A stretch of 64,000 nucleotides of DNA from Felis catus (GCF_018350175.1 NC_058368.1:78060001-78124000); one strand, 5' to 3'; shown: positions 1 to 14,731, counted from the first letter of the stretch. The notes: a model not told the origin generated them from the sequence alone. A program made the numbers and translations.

Positions 1-1619
1 AAAAGAAAAACAACATCTATAGCTTTTATTTTCTGGTTGGATTAATGAAAAAGTTTCTATTAGGCTGTTAAACAGTCTCTCTTGCTTTTTTCTATGAAGT
101 GGAATATTTTCTCTTTCAATCTCTTCCTGATTTTGGTGCACAGTATGATCAAGATACAGTGTCTTTCCAGTTCCTTAAAATTCATAAACTAATCAGCAGC
201 ACCAAACAGTGACATACTTTTCTTAAGTCTCCTAAATTTGGGAAACAACACTGGATTTAAAAATTGCTTCTCTGGAAAGGTTCAGAGATGAATAGTTATT
301 TCTCTCTTTAAGTGGCCAGATTAAGGAAACACGCATCCCCAGTGCAAGCTATGGAGTAATTACACTGCTGTTTATGATTTTTCAAACCCATAATTACCCA
401 TAAAGAAGCATGTACAAATAAAATACTCTGTTTATAGTTCCCGTATAAAAAGCTCTGTTGTTCAGTAACAAAGATATCAAACACCATATTTTATAAAATT
501 GGTATTTTATAATTACCTGACTTATAGCCTGCTGTATTTCAAGAAAAAAACCATGACATTTTCATAAGGCGGCTGTAGCGTGGTCCTAATGTCAAGGCTC
601 TGGGTAAAATCTAATTTCCACCTGCAGGTTGAAAATGGGACCATATGAAAAAGAAAACTTGTTACCAAGATTGTTTTTCTCAGTAACACATTATGAGCAC
701 TGCAGCTTCTGGATTAAGATATTGACATGCCTTTAATCTTGTTCTTCATTATGTGCATCTCGAAAAAGAAAAGCCAGTATTCTCCTGGGTGTTCTCTCAC
801 ATTCCCTCCTTTCCTTATTTTAATAATCATCCTGTTTATATATAAATTTACTTTTTTTGCATGTCCATTTATGAGTCACACAGGATGACATTTCTGATTA
901 TTTATTCTTTTTTTAACTAGGTGCACTGTGGGATATCTTTTATCTCAGTGTCTAAATTACTGCTGCCATATAATAATAGTGCTCAGACCATCCAACAACA
1001 GTTTGCGCTAAAGATCCCTTTTTAGAAAACAATATTCATTTGTCCCTACACAAATTTTTCCTATTTAGTACACAAAGATTTCATGACAAAATGCATTCCC
1101 AGAGGCAATGATTACAAATTAAATTATTAAAATGTTCCTTATGCAGCATCCTTTAACGCATCTGGTGACAATTACCATATCCTCTGCAAATAATCTCTGT
1201 GATCATTCTGAGAAAATGCATGCATTCTCTGCTGTGCAGACCTTTATTTGGCCCCTCTGATGTACCTACTCATTCTGCAACAAGAACGGGCACTTCTAGA
1301 GCCCTGAGCCATTAATCCGAGAGGTCACAGGAACTTGGTTAGACTACGCCTTGAGAGATTCTCCTTAACAAGTGACATGAAATGCATCAGATATTATCAT
1401 GGTGTTTTTAAAAATTTAGGCTAAGAATAGTTCAAAATTGCCCAGAATGGACACGGCACTACACAGGCAAACGTGTACTGTGGTAATTGGTCAGGGGTAG
1501 AAAATGGGAACTCTCAGATACCATGACATGTTTTCCTTGATCTGGTGGCACCATGAACTCAGCTACTTCATCTGGTCCTGTGTATTTCAAATGTCGGGCC
1601 ATTAAGATAAATTAGTATA

Positions 1620-1764
1620 GCATCCAACTCTTGATCTAGGCTCAGGTCACGATCTCACAGTTCGCAAGATCGAGCCCCAAGTTGGGCTCTTTACTGTCAG
1701 CGCTGAGCCTGTTTGGGATTCTCTTCTCTTCTCTTCTCTTCTCTTCTCTTCTCTTCTCTTCTCT

Positions 1765-1812
<48 letters not shown>

Positions 1813-1865
1813 CCACGCCCCCCAATCTTGTGTTCTCTCTCTCAAAACAAACATTTTTTAAATAT
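1620..1865 (+). mobile_element. 5'-truncated Can-SINE with expanded (CTTCT)n(CT)n tract
   Basis: GGCTCAGGTCACGATCTCACAGTTC...GAGCCTGTTTGGGATTCTC, then CT-rich tract and A-rich tail. Confidence 0.9.
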
Positions 1866-2763
1866 AAATTAATATATTTGGATGAAGATATGTTTTTTCC
1901 CCTAAATCGTATCTATCACGAGTCACCTTTTCTGCAATTCATCTACCTTAGTCTTGACTCGGGGGGAAAAAAAGGAAATTGTTGAGTGCTGCATAGTGCC
2001 TTTAGCTATATTGTTTTAGTATTATTAACATAATCACGTCATTAAAGAAATGCAAATTTGCACTGCTTAGCTTTCACACTTCTCTGTTTAAAGTGGATAC
2101 TGTGGGAAAAGTAAACATCCATCCAATTAACAGGTAATATTGGAGAAGTGAACATCATTTCCTCAGCGGTGATGCACCACATTTCTGACAAAGACAGTGA
2201 ATCAAAAATGTTGATTACCAAAACACCATTTCAAGTCTTTGGGAATATGTTATTTGTCTTAACTGTGGTTATGTATTGGTCTTATTTTTCTTTTCATATG
2301 TGGATACAGCAAAATAGAAGCAAGGAAAAGCTTACAGCATCAACACTGGAGCATGGGAAGTAAAGGACAGTTTACTCTCCAGCTAGCACATCTGTGGGGC
2401 TGTGCATCTGGACCACGTGACAGGCAAAGATGAGCCCCTTCATCAAAGTTAACAATTACTCTCGCAATTTGGACCTTTTAAAAATCTCTACCTTTTATGA
2501 AATTATTGAGGAACATCAAAAATTAATCACCATAGCTTTAAGGAAACATTTTAGACTTTTATTATGAAAAGGTTTGAGTTCTTAATATCGCATACAAGAT
2601 GTTAAGATTAAAGATTTGGGACTTATAAATATCAACGGATTTTGTAAACCTTCCTCATATTTTGAAGTATCTGGATTTGAGAAAATTATTGGTCAAAGGC
2701 TAAATAAATCAACGAACAAAATGTTTGGGTACTCTTACAGTATGCTTATTTTTGCCAAAAAAC

Positions 2764-2806
<43 letters not shown>

Positions 2807-2827
2807 GATAGATAGATGGATAGATAG
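2764..2827. repeat. (GATA)n tetranucleotide microsatellite
   Basis: Direct reading. Confidence 0.95.
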
Positions 2828-4144
2828 CCTTTTGGACTCCTGGGAAGTAAAACAGTCTATTATACATGATTGGCCCATTTTATCCATTAAGTCCTAAGAA
2901 CAAAAAATATACATATCTAAAATACCTAAAGATTTAATTAATTATTTTAATAATCTTAAAAAAAAAGCAAAAAATTGAAAGGGGAATTCAAGTCCACGGT
3001 TGAGCAGGTAACAAGTATAAGAGTTGAAAAAAACAAATAATCCATATTCATCATTGAAATCCAACTATGCCCACAAGGATTTTGCTTACTGAGACTCGAA
3101 CGCCCTCTTCTTTACTGGAATCTGCAGACACACTGAATAAAACTGAAGTTTAAAAATTCCAAACTGAAATGATACAAAAGGATTCATTTGTCCTAAGTGA
3201 CTCAAAATTTCAATATACTTTTGAGACACTTCATGAGACACACAGAACATATCTGAAACTTGTCATAATCTGCCAGCCCTCCATAGAGCAGATCCATGGG
3301 GAGACTCACAGCTCCAATGACAGCAAGGTCATTTGCATTTGCGTGTCCTCCTTTTTCCCCAGGACTTCCCTTGGACTTGGGCTGAGGCCACGGCCTCAGA
3401 AAGCACAGGTGCCCCAGACAGAGCTTCTTGCCTAATGGCTCCTAGCAGCCAGCCCAGTTGTCACTACGGGGAAGGAGATATCCTGTTTTTAAGGGTTTAA
3501 GATTCAGAGGACCTTTCTAAAAACAGTTGTTTCTCTTCAGACAAATGATCCCAGCTTATCTAGGGTCACTGTGATTCCCAAGGTTAAATATATCACAGGG
3601 CTTTATGGAAACTAAGCTCAAGATCTCTATCAGGCAGTTGATCTGAACTAGAAGGACAGCTTTGATTAGAAGCTAATTACTGGATTAGAAGGACAAACCT
3701 GTCAATGTGTCCTACCAACTCAGTGTCTACACAGTAGGAAGAGGGGTGTTATTCAGCCTGGCAGTACAGAGCCATTATCTCCTTTCAGGGTGGCTTGAGC
3801 TGAGAGGAAAACTCTCCAGCTACATTTTATTATCCACCTGCCCTGCCCCTCCTCTCAGTGACGCTTCAAACTGCATAGCAGCACCCCTAGCTCCTAGGAC
3901 CCGGTGGACCTTGACTGAACCTTGACTCATCTGAACCTTGACTCATCTTTTAGGCCCTGTTTGTTCCCCACACAAAGCTGCTGCAGCAACAAGAAATCTA
4001 GATGAAGTGTCTTGTGTTTCTTTTTATGTGCAAAAGAACTTTATTTTCCATCTAGTCTAGCTGCTTTCCACCCACATTCTCCGCCCTAAAAGCGAAAACA
4101 AAAACAAAACAAAACAACTAGACATGAGCAACAATTTGTGACAG

Positions 4145-4290
4145 TGTGATATAGTAACTAAGTTAAGTCTCTGATATTAAGCACCACATACTACTGGGTT
4201 TGAATTCTGGCTACGCCACACTCACCTGTGAGAACTTGAGCGCATTCCTTAACTGCTCTAAACCTCAGTCACTGCCACCCCATTTGCTGA
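4145..4290 (+). mobile_element. MIR SINE fragment
   Basis: CTGGGTTTGAATTCTGGCT...CTGTGAGAACTTGAGC...CTTAAC...CCTCAGT resembles the MIR core. Confidence 0.6.
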
Positions 4291-6889
4291 TAAAGCTAGT
4301 TTTGCCCATGATATTGGACTGTTGTAGGGAATGAACAAGATATGAATGTTAGAGTTATCAGCATTGGGCTTGTTTGTGGTAAAAACATAATAAATGGGTA
4401 CAATTCGATAGCAGTGTGCAATTTTACACAGTAATTTTGTTCCTGGTGATAATATCCCCAAAGAACTGGATATGGGGGGTGAGTGAATGCCTGAAAAGAA
4501 GTGCCACAAAACAAATAGAGAAAGGTCATTATTCACCTTTTCCTTCCCAGTCTGACCATGTTTTTGAGTCCTGCTTGAGAGTTAGTAACAGTGATTGATG
4601 TGTTTGTGATCAGAAGATAACAGAAGATAAATGTTTTTGCAACTCCGCAATAACCAAAAAAAAAAAAAAAATTCCTTATAGATTAGTCTAACTCCATTCC
4701 TATATATCCTCAGGATAAGCATATGTAGTTGATTTGTTCTTTTTAAAAGTTATTCAGACTGATAACAATATGAATAGGAACCAAAAAATAAATAATTTAA
4801 AGTTGATATTGTCAAGACTTTTATTTTGCAAAGTATTATTATTATGAGCAAGGTGCTAGGCTAAGAAAATAGTTATATTTTCTGTGTAAGATCATTTTTC
4901 TCTGACAGGGATTGACACTAAGTACAATCTCACTGCGCAAAGTTATCTCTTCTGGGTCCTTCATTTTATGCCGAAGGCTGTTGTTTGGAATATTTAAAAT
5001 CGTCTGGTCAACCAGCAACACGAGGGCAAGATGCCCCCCGTAGGGTCACAGCAGATCGCAGATCGCTCCCATCCCATTTGCACATCTTCTGTAGCAATGT
5101 GCTCTCATTTCTTTAGGCAACTGTTTCCACTGTACCCTTTAATAGAACACTCTTTCTTATAGAGAGTAAAGATATTCCTGCACAAAACACCCATATACAG
5201 AGCCTAGAGCCATGCCAAGTACTGGATAACAAGTCTCCCCTTCCATATGATGATTTTTATCTAGTTAAAGAACCTTGCTGGGTCTCTCTGTGTCTTCCCT
5301 TTCTCAGGGCAATCATGTTCCCACTCACGATGCACAGCCCGTCTTTTATTCTCCCCATTCAGTTTCTATATCTTGGCACTTGCCATGTTTGCCTTTTGTG
5401 CTAGCTCTGGTTCAGTATCGAGGCAATCTTTTACCCAACTCCCTCTCCCAATCAATAAAAATACTAAGTATGGCTAAATGGGTAAATGTGGGTCAGAGCA
5501 AAAAATTACAGGGACACAAAAAACAAACACAAACCCAAGTATCTAGAAAGCAGGGCAAAGAGCCCCATCTTTTAAAATGGATTTTGAAGGCAACACTTTC
5601 CAATGCCTCACAAACTACTTAATACAGAAGTTTCCCCCAGAATTTTGTTTTAACCAATAGGGTCCCAGGAGATGTTAGATCATCACAGTGGTTTCCCACT
5701 TGTCCTCTCAAAACAATTCGTGCACAAAAGGGCTCAAATCCCCCTGGACTAATCTAAGAGAATCCACTCGGTCTAAAACCCAACACATGTTCATTTTTCA
5801 CCTAAAATAGAGCAAAACTCGAGCTTTAAGAATGGAATATTTTCGCTCCAGATGAACTTTTGTTTTCTGTTTTATTGTAGGATTGTTCAATAATTTATTC
5901 ACCTTTCTAGAGAAACAGAAGGAATGTAGATGTAATAAAGCTGAGAATGTTATCATGCAAGATGAAAAGTCTGCTTATAAAACTCTGGTAAATGAGTGTT
6001 GTTTACCAGAAAATGTCTGTGAGATCTCAAGAGAAGACTATGTTAATTTTACTGATTTTCTCATAGCTTTTTCCCCCATGGCTTTTAATAACTTGTCACC
6101 ATTTGTTGGGCATCATCAAGCCCTAGGTTGGGTATATTTATATGCATGGGAGTCTTTTGATTTCTTCCCTGTTACCATCTTAGAGATACTAAAATCCCTA
6201 TTTTAAGTAACTTGGGTGATAACATATAACTAATAAATGGTGAATCTAAAGAGCTGAACCCAGACTATCCTCATTTGTTCTTTTAACCATTATACTGTAT
6301 TCTCTCTTCAGTTTAAAATTAATTTCTATTTCTAATTCAATAATTTTTTAAAGAAATCCTATAAAGAAATGGCCTCATTCAATTCAGCGGATTCCCTAAA
6401 CGCACAATTAAACCCCAGGGCAACACATTCCTAAGAAAATGTGTACAGTAACACATAGTATGTAATTGTTGATATTTACAATCAGTAGTTATTTTATATT
6501 ATTTGAAAATGAATTTCCTACTACATTTAAGCATATTCAAGATGACAAATCTGTTTGTTTTCTGACATTCTGAAATTAAAGTTTTGTTCTTGTTCAAAAT
6601 ATAAACAAAACAAGGGATCTGAGATGTACAGCAGAATGCACACAGATACAACCTCTCCTCCTCCCCAAGGCTAAGAATAGATGGGAGCCTATCACCTCTT
6701 CTTTGGGATCTGGTGCCATTGCTCATTTTTTTGTGAGTCTGGTACTCTCTGTCTCGTATACCTATCTGGGTCCTAGATCAAAAGTTATGAATATTCTAAA
6801 GTTTATTGCATCATAAAATATTTATTTCTTTAAATTCCACATCTTTCCACCTACCCCATTCTCCTCCTCTTTTCTCTCTTAAGGAAGAG

Positions 6890-7540
6890 TAGTTCAGACG
6901 AGCCTTTATCTCAGCTCCAATTTATTCCTTAGTCCATCACAATTTGACATCTCTCCCTACCAATCTATCAAAACTACTCTCATAATCAATAAGGAAAATA
7001 ATTGCCAAATCCAGTGACCTAGTCCTGGGCTCATCCTATGTGTCCTGTCTGCAAGGTAAGACACTCTTGACTGATTCTGCACCTTTCTTAAAATCCTTCC
7101 CTATACCTTTCAGATTAGCACATTCTCATGATTCTTTCTCCGTCCCCTCTTCCTCTGCTTCTCCCTCTCCCTCCTCTCTCTTGCACATTCATCCTTCTCC
7201 CTCACATCTTCACTCTTATTCCTCATTCTTCTCTGCCTCCTTGTCTGGTCCCTTTTCAGCTCAAACCCTCAGATGTTGTTCTTCCTCAGGATTCATCTTT
7301 GGCTTTCTGTCCATATAATTTTTCGCTAAGTCATCTAATCTCTGTCCATAGCTTCCCAAATCAAACGCATTTGTAGAGTGTGAACTTCACCACCAAACTT
7401 CCTATCACATGGTGTGTGATCTACTGGGTATCTCCTGCTATCATTATCTATAAAAATGAAGTCCTTGTTTCTTTCAACAATCTCAATTCTAACTCATTCT
7501 TCCCTCTGTATCTCTTATCTCTTCGAATGGTATCAACACC
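6890..7540 (+). mobile_element. L2 LINE fragment
   Basis: TTGCCAAATCCAGTGACC...CTTGACTGATTCTGCACCTT...CTCATTCTTCCCTCTG, pyrimidine-rich and typical of the L2 3' region. Confidence 0.55.
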
Positions 7541-7541
7541 A

Positions 7542-7716
7542 GGGTTCCTGGGTGGCTCAGTGAGTTAGGCATCTGACTCTTGATTACGGCTCAGGTCATG
7601 ATGTCAAGGTTTGTGGGGTCAAGACCCACGTCAAGCTCTGCCCTGACAGCACAGAGCCTGCTTGGGATTCTCTCTCTCTCCCTCCTTCCCTCTGCCCCTC
7701 CCCTGCTCACATTCTC

Positions 7717-7755
<39 letters not shown>

Positions 7756-7770
7756 ACAAACAAACAAACA
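7542..7770 (+). mobile_element. Can-SINE with (TAAA)n(CAAA)n tail
   Basis: tRNA-derived head GGGTTCCTGGGTGGCTCAG; TSD-like GGTATCAACA on both sides. Confidence 0.92.
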
Positions 7771-7924
7771 TCAGTTAATTGATTAACAGAAGGTATCAAC
7801 ATCCATAATCTCACTTTTTATAAATTTTGAATCACATCTTTCCTCTACAGTCGGAAAGTTTGAAATGAGAAAAGGCTCCTGAATCTTGCCTTTCTTCTCC
7901 ACTTTCATAGTCACTGTAGTCATT

Positions 7925-8122
7925 CTGCCCAACATGGTAGCCACTAGACACTGAGGCTATTTAAATGTAGACTAATTTAAGTTTAAATAAAATTTAAAAT
8001 TCAGAACTTCATTCACCCTAGCCACATTTCAACTGCTTAGTAGCCACACACAGCTAGGGGCTACCATATTGGACAGGGTGGAGTATAAAACATTTATTTT
8101 GTCATAGAAAGTTCTGATGAAA
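7925..8122. mobile_element. MER3-like hAT-Charlie MITE, interrupted near its end by a SINE
   Basis: CCAACATGGTAGCCACTAG...CTAGCCACATTTCAA...GGCTACCATATTGGACAG...AGAAAGTTCT. Confidence 0.7.
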
Positions 8123-8336
8123 GGGCCGCCTGGGTGGCTCAGTCGGTTAAGCGTCTGACTTCAGCTCAAGTCATGATTTCACGGTCCGTGAGTTTGAGCC
8201 CCGCATCTGGCTCTGTGCTGTCAGTTCAGAAGCTGCCTGCTTCAGATTCTGTGTCTCCTCTTCTTTCTGCCCCTCCCCAACTCGCGCTCTGTCTCTATCT
8301 ATCAAAAAATGAATAAACGTTAAAAAAAATTTTTTA
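8123..8336 (+). mobile_element. Can-SINE (SINEC_Fc-like)
   Basis: Full head and tail; TSD AGAAAGTTCTGATGAA. Confidence 0.95.
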
Positions 8337-8762
8337 AGAAAGTTCTGATGAAGAATACTGACTTATAGCCATCATATTACCCCTAAGGAATACTGCAGAT
8401 TCTGAACAGATCTCTCTGGCATTACTTCACCCTGTTCCTGCCTATTATCACATTGTTGCCAAAGCTAATTTTTGAGAAAAACAAAGCATCCCAAAAGAAT
8501 CCTTCTTGATTAAAATTCCTGCCTGATATTTTATCATACAGACAATAAAACTCAAAGACCTTAGCATGGGATATATGGTCCTTCACAACTGAGCATGAAC
8601 ATCTCCCTAGAGCTATTTCCTACAGCAAGATTTTTAACAGTTGTTAAATCGACGTGGAGGTATATGTGGACTTATTATGCTGATCTTTTCACTCCTTGGT
8701 TATGTTTGTAATGCTCATAATAAAAGAAAATACATTAAAGTGACAAAGTGAACTTGATCTTT

Positions 8763-8977
8763 ATTTTTTTTTAATGTTTATTTAGCTTTGAGACAGAGAG
8801 AGACAGAGCATGAGCACAGGAGGGGGAGTGAGAGAGAGGGAGACACAGAGTCCGAAGCAGGTTCCAGGCTCCGAGCTGTCAGCACAGAGCCCAACACGGG
8901 GCTCGAACTCATGAGCTGTGAGATCATGACCTGAGCCGAAGTCAGACGCTTAACCGACTGAGCCACCCAGGCGCCCC
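8763..8977 (-). mobile_element. Can-SINE (SINEC_Fc-like)
   Basis: Full element; TSD AACTTGATCTTT at 8751 and 8979. Confidence 0.95.
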
Positions 8978-10669
8978 AAACTTGATCTTTAAAACTGCCC
9001 GGCTGTTTGACCTTGGAATAGTCAACTCTATGTCCTCACTTTACTCATCTGTAAAATCTGTGATAAAATTACCTCATATAGAGATGATGCAAAGATTAAA
9101 TGGATTAGACAAGTTGCTGACTCCTGATGAGCTCTAAAGCTTATTAAACAGCTACTGTTGAAGTTTGCTCCAGCACTTAAACTTACGAGTGATTCAAGTC
9201 ATTTTCTGCAATAGCCAATCCGTTGTCATGATCGTCCATTTACACCTGAGTTCAATTTTTTTTTCAAATAAACTAAGCCAGTGATAGTTCAGTGAGAAAG
9301 AGACTGATCACTTTTGATGGCGGTAGGGATACAAAGAAAGACCCCTTAACTTTGCGTTTCCCATGGGACGCAAGGCCGGGACATTCGGCTTCCAGGGGCC
9401 ATGAGAGGAAGGTAAGAAAACTGGAGGGTGGAGACGCAGTTTTGACTAAAGCCCATTTTCCCTCTTGTACGGAGTGAAGCATATGACACACCTAATCCCC
9501 AGGCATTTCCATAGAACCGACTTGCATTTACCCATCATGTTTTATGTGTGGACATGCTACTGCCACTGCTAAAATCAGTAACAGTGTTGAGACAGACAGT
9601 AAACTTCCATGTTTGTAAAACTTTTTTTTTTTTTTTTTTTTTACCGTCTCTGGTAGCTGAGATGACATTTTGTCTATAGATGATTGAATGTAGAAACAGA
9701 CTACCGAGGGGTGGTGGGGATTAATCATTACCTTTTCACACTTTAAACAACCAAGGATTAAATATTTTCATGTAGTCCAACACAATACGTACTGCAAATT
9801 GGGAATTATTTATTACTAAAGAAAGACAAATGTTAACTATCTCTTGTTTCCAGTTGTAAAGAATCAGAGTAAATTTACATTTCATTAAAAAAATTCCATT
9901 ATTTGGATTGTAATTACATTTAATTCCTATGAGATAAAACTGAAATTTAATGTTTCACAGCATCTTATAATCTAAAATGTTAAAAATGAAATGATTCATA
10001 TTACAATCATTTCCAAACAGAACAATAAGATCCTCTTAAAACTAATTCCTAAATTAAGCTGTTGTAATCCGTGACTGCTTATGAATGTCAAGTAGTTACT
10101 ACAGTAATATAGAAATAAGTTAAAAAAACAAAAACAAACAAAAAAATCCATGGCTTATCATTACAATAGAAGTGAAAAAGAATTATAATTTCCTAGGATT
10201 GATAAAATTAATTAATTATTTAATGCTATGAAAAGCCAAAATGTTTTCTCTCACAACCAACCATGTACTTTTTAAAAAGTCTGAACTTTAGCCATTTACA
10301 TAGGCTAAAATTACAGACAAAAGTAATGAGACTGGGGCTCCTCTAATCAAATAGCTGATCAGTCTCAGGAAGATAATCATTGAGTTCTGCGCTCATGTGA
10401 TCAGCCCATTACTGAACACTAGTATGGTGGCCCAGTTCTCCCTAAAAGAAAGAATTGCCATAGCCAATGGGCCCATCCTCAAATCTCTGGTCTTCTCTGC
10501 ATCCAACTCCTCCTCTCCACGTTCTCTCTGGGCATATCTCTTTCCCTTTTCACCCAGCTGGATCATTTTTCATCTATTCCCTCAATCTAGTTGCTACATA
10601 TTTGCTCCCCTGCACTCTGGCTATGTCCTGTTACCTCTCCCACTTTTCAAAAATATCTGAGCTCCATTC

Positions 10670-10810
10670 TCATCACATGAGAGTCACCAGGAAAACTAGA
10701 AATGCCAAGCCCATGACACAAGCCAGACCAATGAAATCAGAATCTCTTTGGCACTAAGATCTTCTTCACAGATCCCCGGGACATTCCAGCGTGACCCCAA
10801 GGACCATGAT
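10670..10810. mobile_element. MER5A-like hAT MITE fragment
   Basis: GAGTCACCAGG...CCAGACCAATGAAATCAGAATCTCT motif. Confidence 0.55.
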
Positions 10811-13800
10811 CCAGCCTAAATGTTCACTGATATTGAAGAACCATCTCCGCAGTATATATCAATATAAATAAAACAAATGACAAAATGTTTGGTGCTGAGT
10901 TCATGTGAGGTTGATATAGAAGATAAAGATTTAAACAGGAAATTAGGAATGGAAATTAAAGCAACAGGTCAGATAATTCAAACCAAATGTTCTCTTGTTT
11001 GAAATAGTTATGTGTATATTTGTTCTTGCATAATCAACTTAGCAAGAAAAGATATCTTAATGTATTATGATATGTATGTGGGGGAGCACTGGGCTGAAAG
11101 AATTCTTTGATCTCCTTTCCTTCACACTTAATTCACCTTGCATATGCAGACACCAACTTCATCTAATTACAGTGATTAACCAATGTATAACGGCAATTAT
11201 TGAAACTTTGTGGATATGCCCTATATAGCTACTAATCTGACCCAGTTACAAGCTCAAAGTAAAAATATTTGTTCTTTAGTCTATAAAACAAGCATTTAAT
11301 ATTAAGATAGTCTATAAAACAGGCATCTAATATTAAGATAAATTTTGGGGTGTTCCCCTATAAAAATAAAACACAGATCATAAATCAGTAGTTGCATACA
11401 GAGCAAAAACATAATAAATAAAAAATCTGGATCATAAAAATGATTATGATCATGGTGTTCATCTTATAAATTACCTTATTAATGGTTAAAGTGATCATCT
11501 GCATGGTTAGACTATTTGATTTTTCAGATGAAAATAATTAAGTGGTAGAATATAAAAAGTCGTATTTGCAGATTCATTCCACACTTCTGAACAGTGTCAT
11601 AATACCCACAATTGCACTTAATCAACAGCAAAATAATATTTTAGTAGAAAGAATTGTAAGATATTTGATTTTCTTTAAAAATATTATTTCTTAAGAATTT
11701 ATAGTGCATGACACCAAAATAAATAAGAACTTAAGAAATGCCTTTTTTTCAAACTGCAAATTATGTAACCCAAATTCTACGTTATCAAATTGGTTACTGT
11801 TTGTAAGTGGTTCCTGCAAATATTACAGAAAGCTTCAGTTATCAGAATTGTTACATATGCCTAACACTGGCAGAGCATCTCTTTGGTCAATGTCTGTTAA
11901 ATAAAAATAGGCAATAGAATCTGCTTTAATATGAGACTATAAAACTAAAAATATGAGAATGCATATATTCTTGAGAGTATAAAGATTAGACTTGTGCCGA
12001 CAGAACTAAAATACAGATGATGTAATGATTTATGTTAGAATCTAACCTCAAACCTGCTTTCGCTGACCATCTGTCTTAAGGTATAGTAAGTAAATTAAAC
12101 TAGCAGTAACAAAAACTCACCTGTTCACACAGAATTTTGTATTCCCTAAGTATATTTATATACATATATAATATATGTATACAATTTTTACACATTTTAT
12201 AACATTAATTTTTATAATATATACATTTTTATAATTTTTATAATATAGATTTTCAAGAGTGCTTACAAGCTAAAGAATGGCATATTTAAGGGAAAATCTT
12301 CATTTAAGTAAAAAAAAATCAAGTATGTTAATCATGTACATACGTAATTTTATATCTTAAAACATTATATTTTTAATAATATCACCTAGCTTAAAATTTT
12401 TTAAATATCTGTTAGATTCTTATTAAACATATCAAAAAACACTATTTTGAAAAACACTGTGAATCACTGTCATATAATTTTTGCTGCTTTATGTAATATA
12501 GCAGCTTGAATGTTATAATGTAAATGACACATGCAGTAATTTTTATTCTTTATTTTTTCATAAATTACTTCCTAGATAAATGTGTATATTTTCTTTAAAA
12601 AAATTAAACCAGCTATTTCTCAGAATAGTAAGAAATTTTCTTGGATACAAATGATTTCTATTATATGTTGAAATACAAAGGTTTGCTAAAGTAAATCCAA
12701 GCTGTATTTGATCTCCAATTACTTTGGACTCAAGACCTTATTATTGTATTAGATTAATAGTAAGGTTTTTTTTTTCAGCATAATGGATCAAAAAGCCTTT
12801 TTAAAAAGTTAAATAGAAATTAAATTTAATCTAGTTTAATTTTACACATACATGCTATTGGCAGTTTTCTAAATGGGGGTGGGGGGGACTAGAATATAAA
12901 ACTAGAAGGTAATTAATGTATGTCCTAACTTTTAAAAGCTAGAAATAACTGCATTGATCATTTGATTATATATCAATACAATAAAGTTAGTATATTTATC
13001 CTAAAATATGAATTACAATAGTTTGTATACCTAATATCATTAAGTATTTTATGTCTATAACTCTGTAAATATATTTATAAACTATCAAAACTGGATTTTT
13101 TCATGAATACATTACCAATCCCAGAAATATAATGCATTTACTTTTAATGTAGCCTAGGACTTTGTGGCTACCTTAAAATATGGAAAATTTCACATAGAAT
13201 GTATATTCTGAACAAGGCCCTTGATGATAGTCCTCATTTCATAATTATAAGTTTGAAATAAGTATGTTTAGAAATAACTCACACACATCTTTCAAATGTG
13301 TGCAAGTAGCATTTGAAGCCATATAACATAATTTGTATTTGGATATGTTTGTGGCCTTTGCAGAATCATAAACAAATCATACATTAAACTAAAAAACTAA
13401 GCAATTGATTTGTGAGTTATCAACCAAAAACACTGACACCTTAAATTTGAAACTGTAATTTTTGAAAACAGTTACTGTGGAATAAATATGTCAGATTGAC
13501 AAATCAACTGAAATCACACAACCAAGAAATAGCTCCAAGACATCCTGGGTAACAAATTCTGTGTGGTGGAGATAAGAAATTCAATTGTCTGTATTTACTT
13601 TTCCATGTGAAGAAAAGGAACTGATATTTGTATAATATGCTTTTGTGTATGCAGTTAATGATGACTATTTTATACAGATACACAATACAGAAGTAGTTTA
13701 CAACATCACGAGTTAGTTTAACCTACACTATACTTTATAGCGATGAATAATAGTTATAAAGTTGAGATTTATGTCAGGTCAAGGAGAAGATAAACATTTA

Positions 13801-14731
13801 CATATATTTAAAATCTGGGTATTTGAACAAAAATCTATTTGACATGTTTATCTGAAAATATGTTGCCGTCTATTGACAATACAGACTATGTTTTAAATAC
13901 TGTCCTATGCAAATTGGGATTACTAGAAATTTCTATAAAAGTTTGCATTCAGGGCAGCAAACAAAATTATATTATTACAAGCTACCACTTTTGAACATAA
14001 CTACAGTGAAATCTTTGCAACCTTTTTATTAGCAGTGTAATTAGCAGACACATGAGTGTCCTTATCTTTACAATTCTGAGGCAACATATCTTGTCAAAAT
14101 AAATAACTATGCAATAAATATGCTAGTCATTCATTAACTTCTGCCATTAAGAGTAAGTTTGATCCCCAGGCATGAGTTATAGTGGTATGTTTAAGAAAAA
14201 CAGAAAGTTTAAGATCCATTTATCTAGTGAAGTAGCATTCCAGATTAATGTTGTAAACTCAGTATTACTATCTGAAAAGAAGCCCTATTTCTAGTCTTTT
14301 AAAGAATGTTGACAAAGCAAGTTTAGTTTGAGTTTAGCTTAATTGTCAAAAGCACAATCAATCCAAAGTAAAATACAGCCCTTGAACTATGTTCATTTGA
14401 AACAGGTATCCCTTTGCCCAGTTCTCTAGTCAAAGTATCACAAAAGCCTTTGATCCATACTGCCCTCGATTACACTTCCCCAATACAAAGCAAGTGAGGC
14501 AGAAGAGGGACAGTTCTTTTCCTGAGTGGACTTGGGGGAGTAGTCAAGAGAAAGGAAGAGACTGTGGTGTATTTTTTTCTTCTGAAAAGCAATAGTATTT
14601 TCTTGTGCTGTTTAAGAGATTACCCCTGGGATGAAACATAAAGGCTTATTGAGATTCTGTCATCATTTCTTCCCTACTAAAAGGTCACTGCAGTATATTC
14701 ATCTTCAACAGAGCTCTGGGGCAAATCTCAT

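Noticed and set aside
8123..8200. tRNA-like A/B box sequences here and at other SINE heads
   Set aside because: They are tRNA-derived Can-SINE heads, not tRNA genes.
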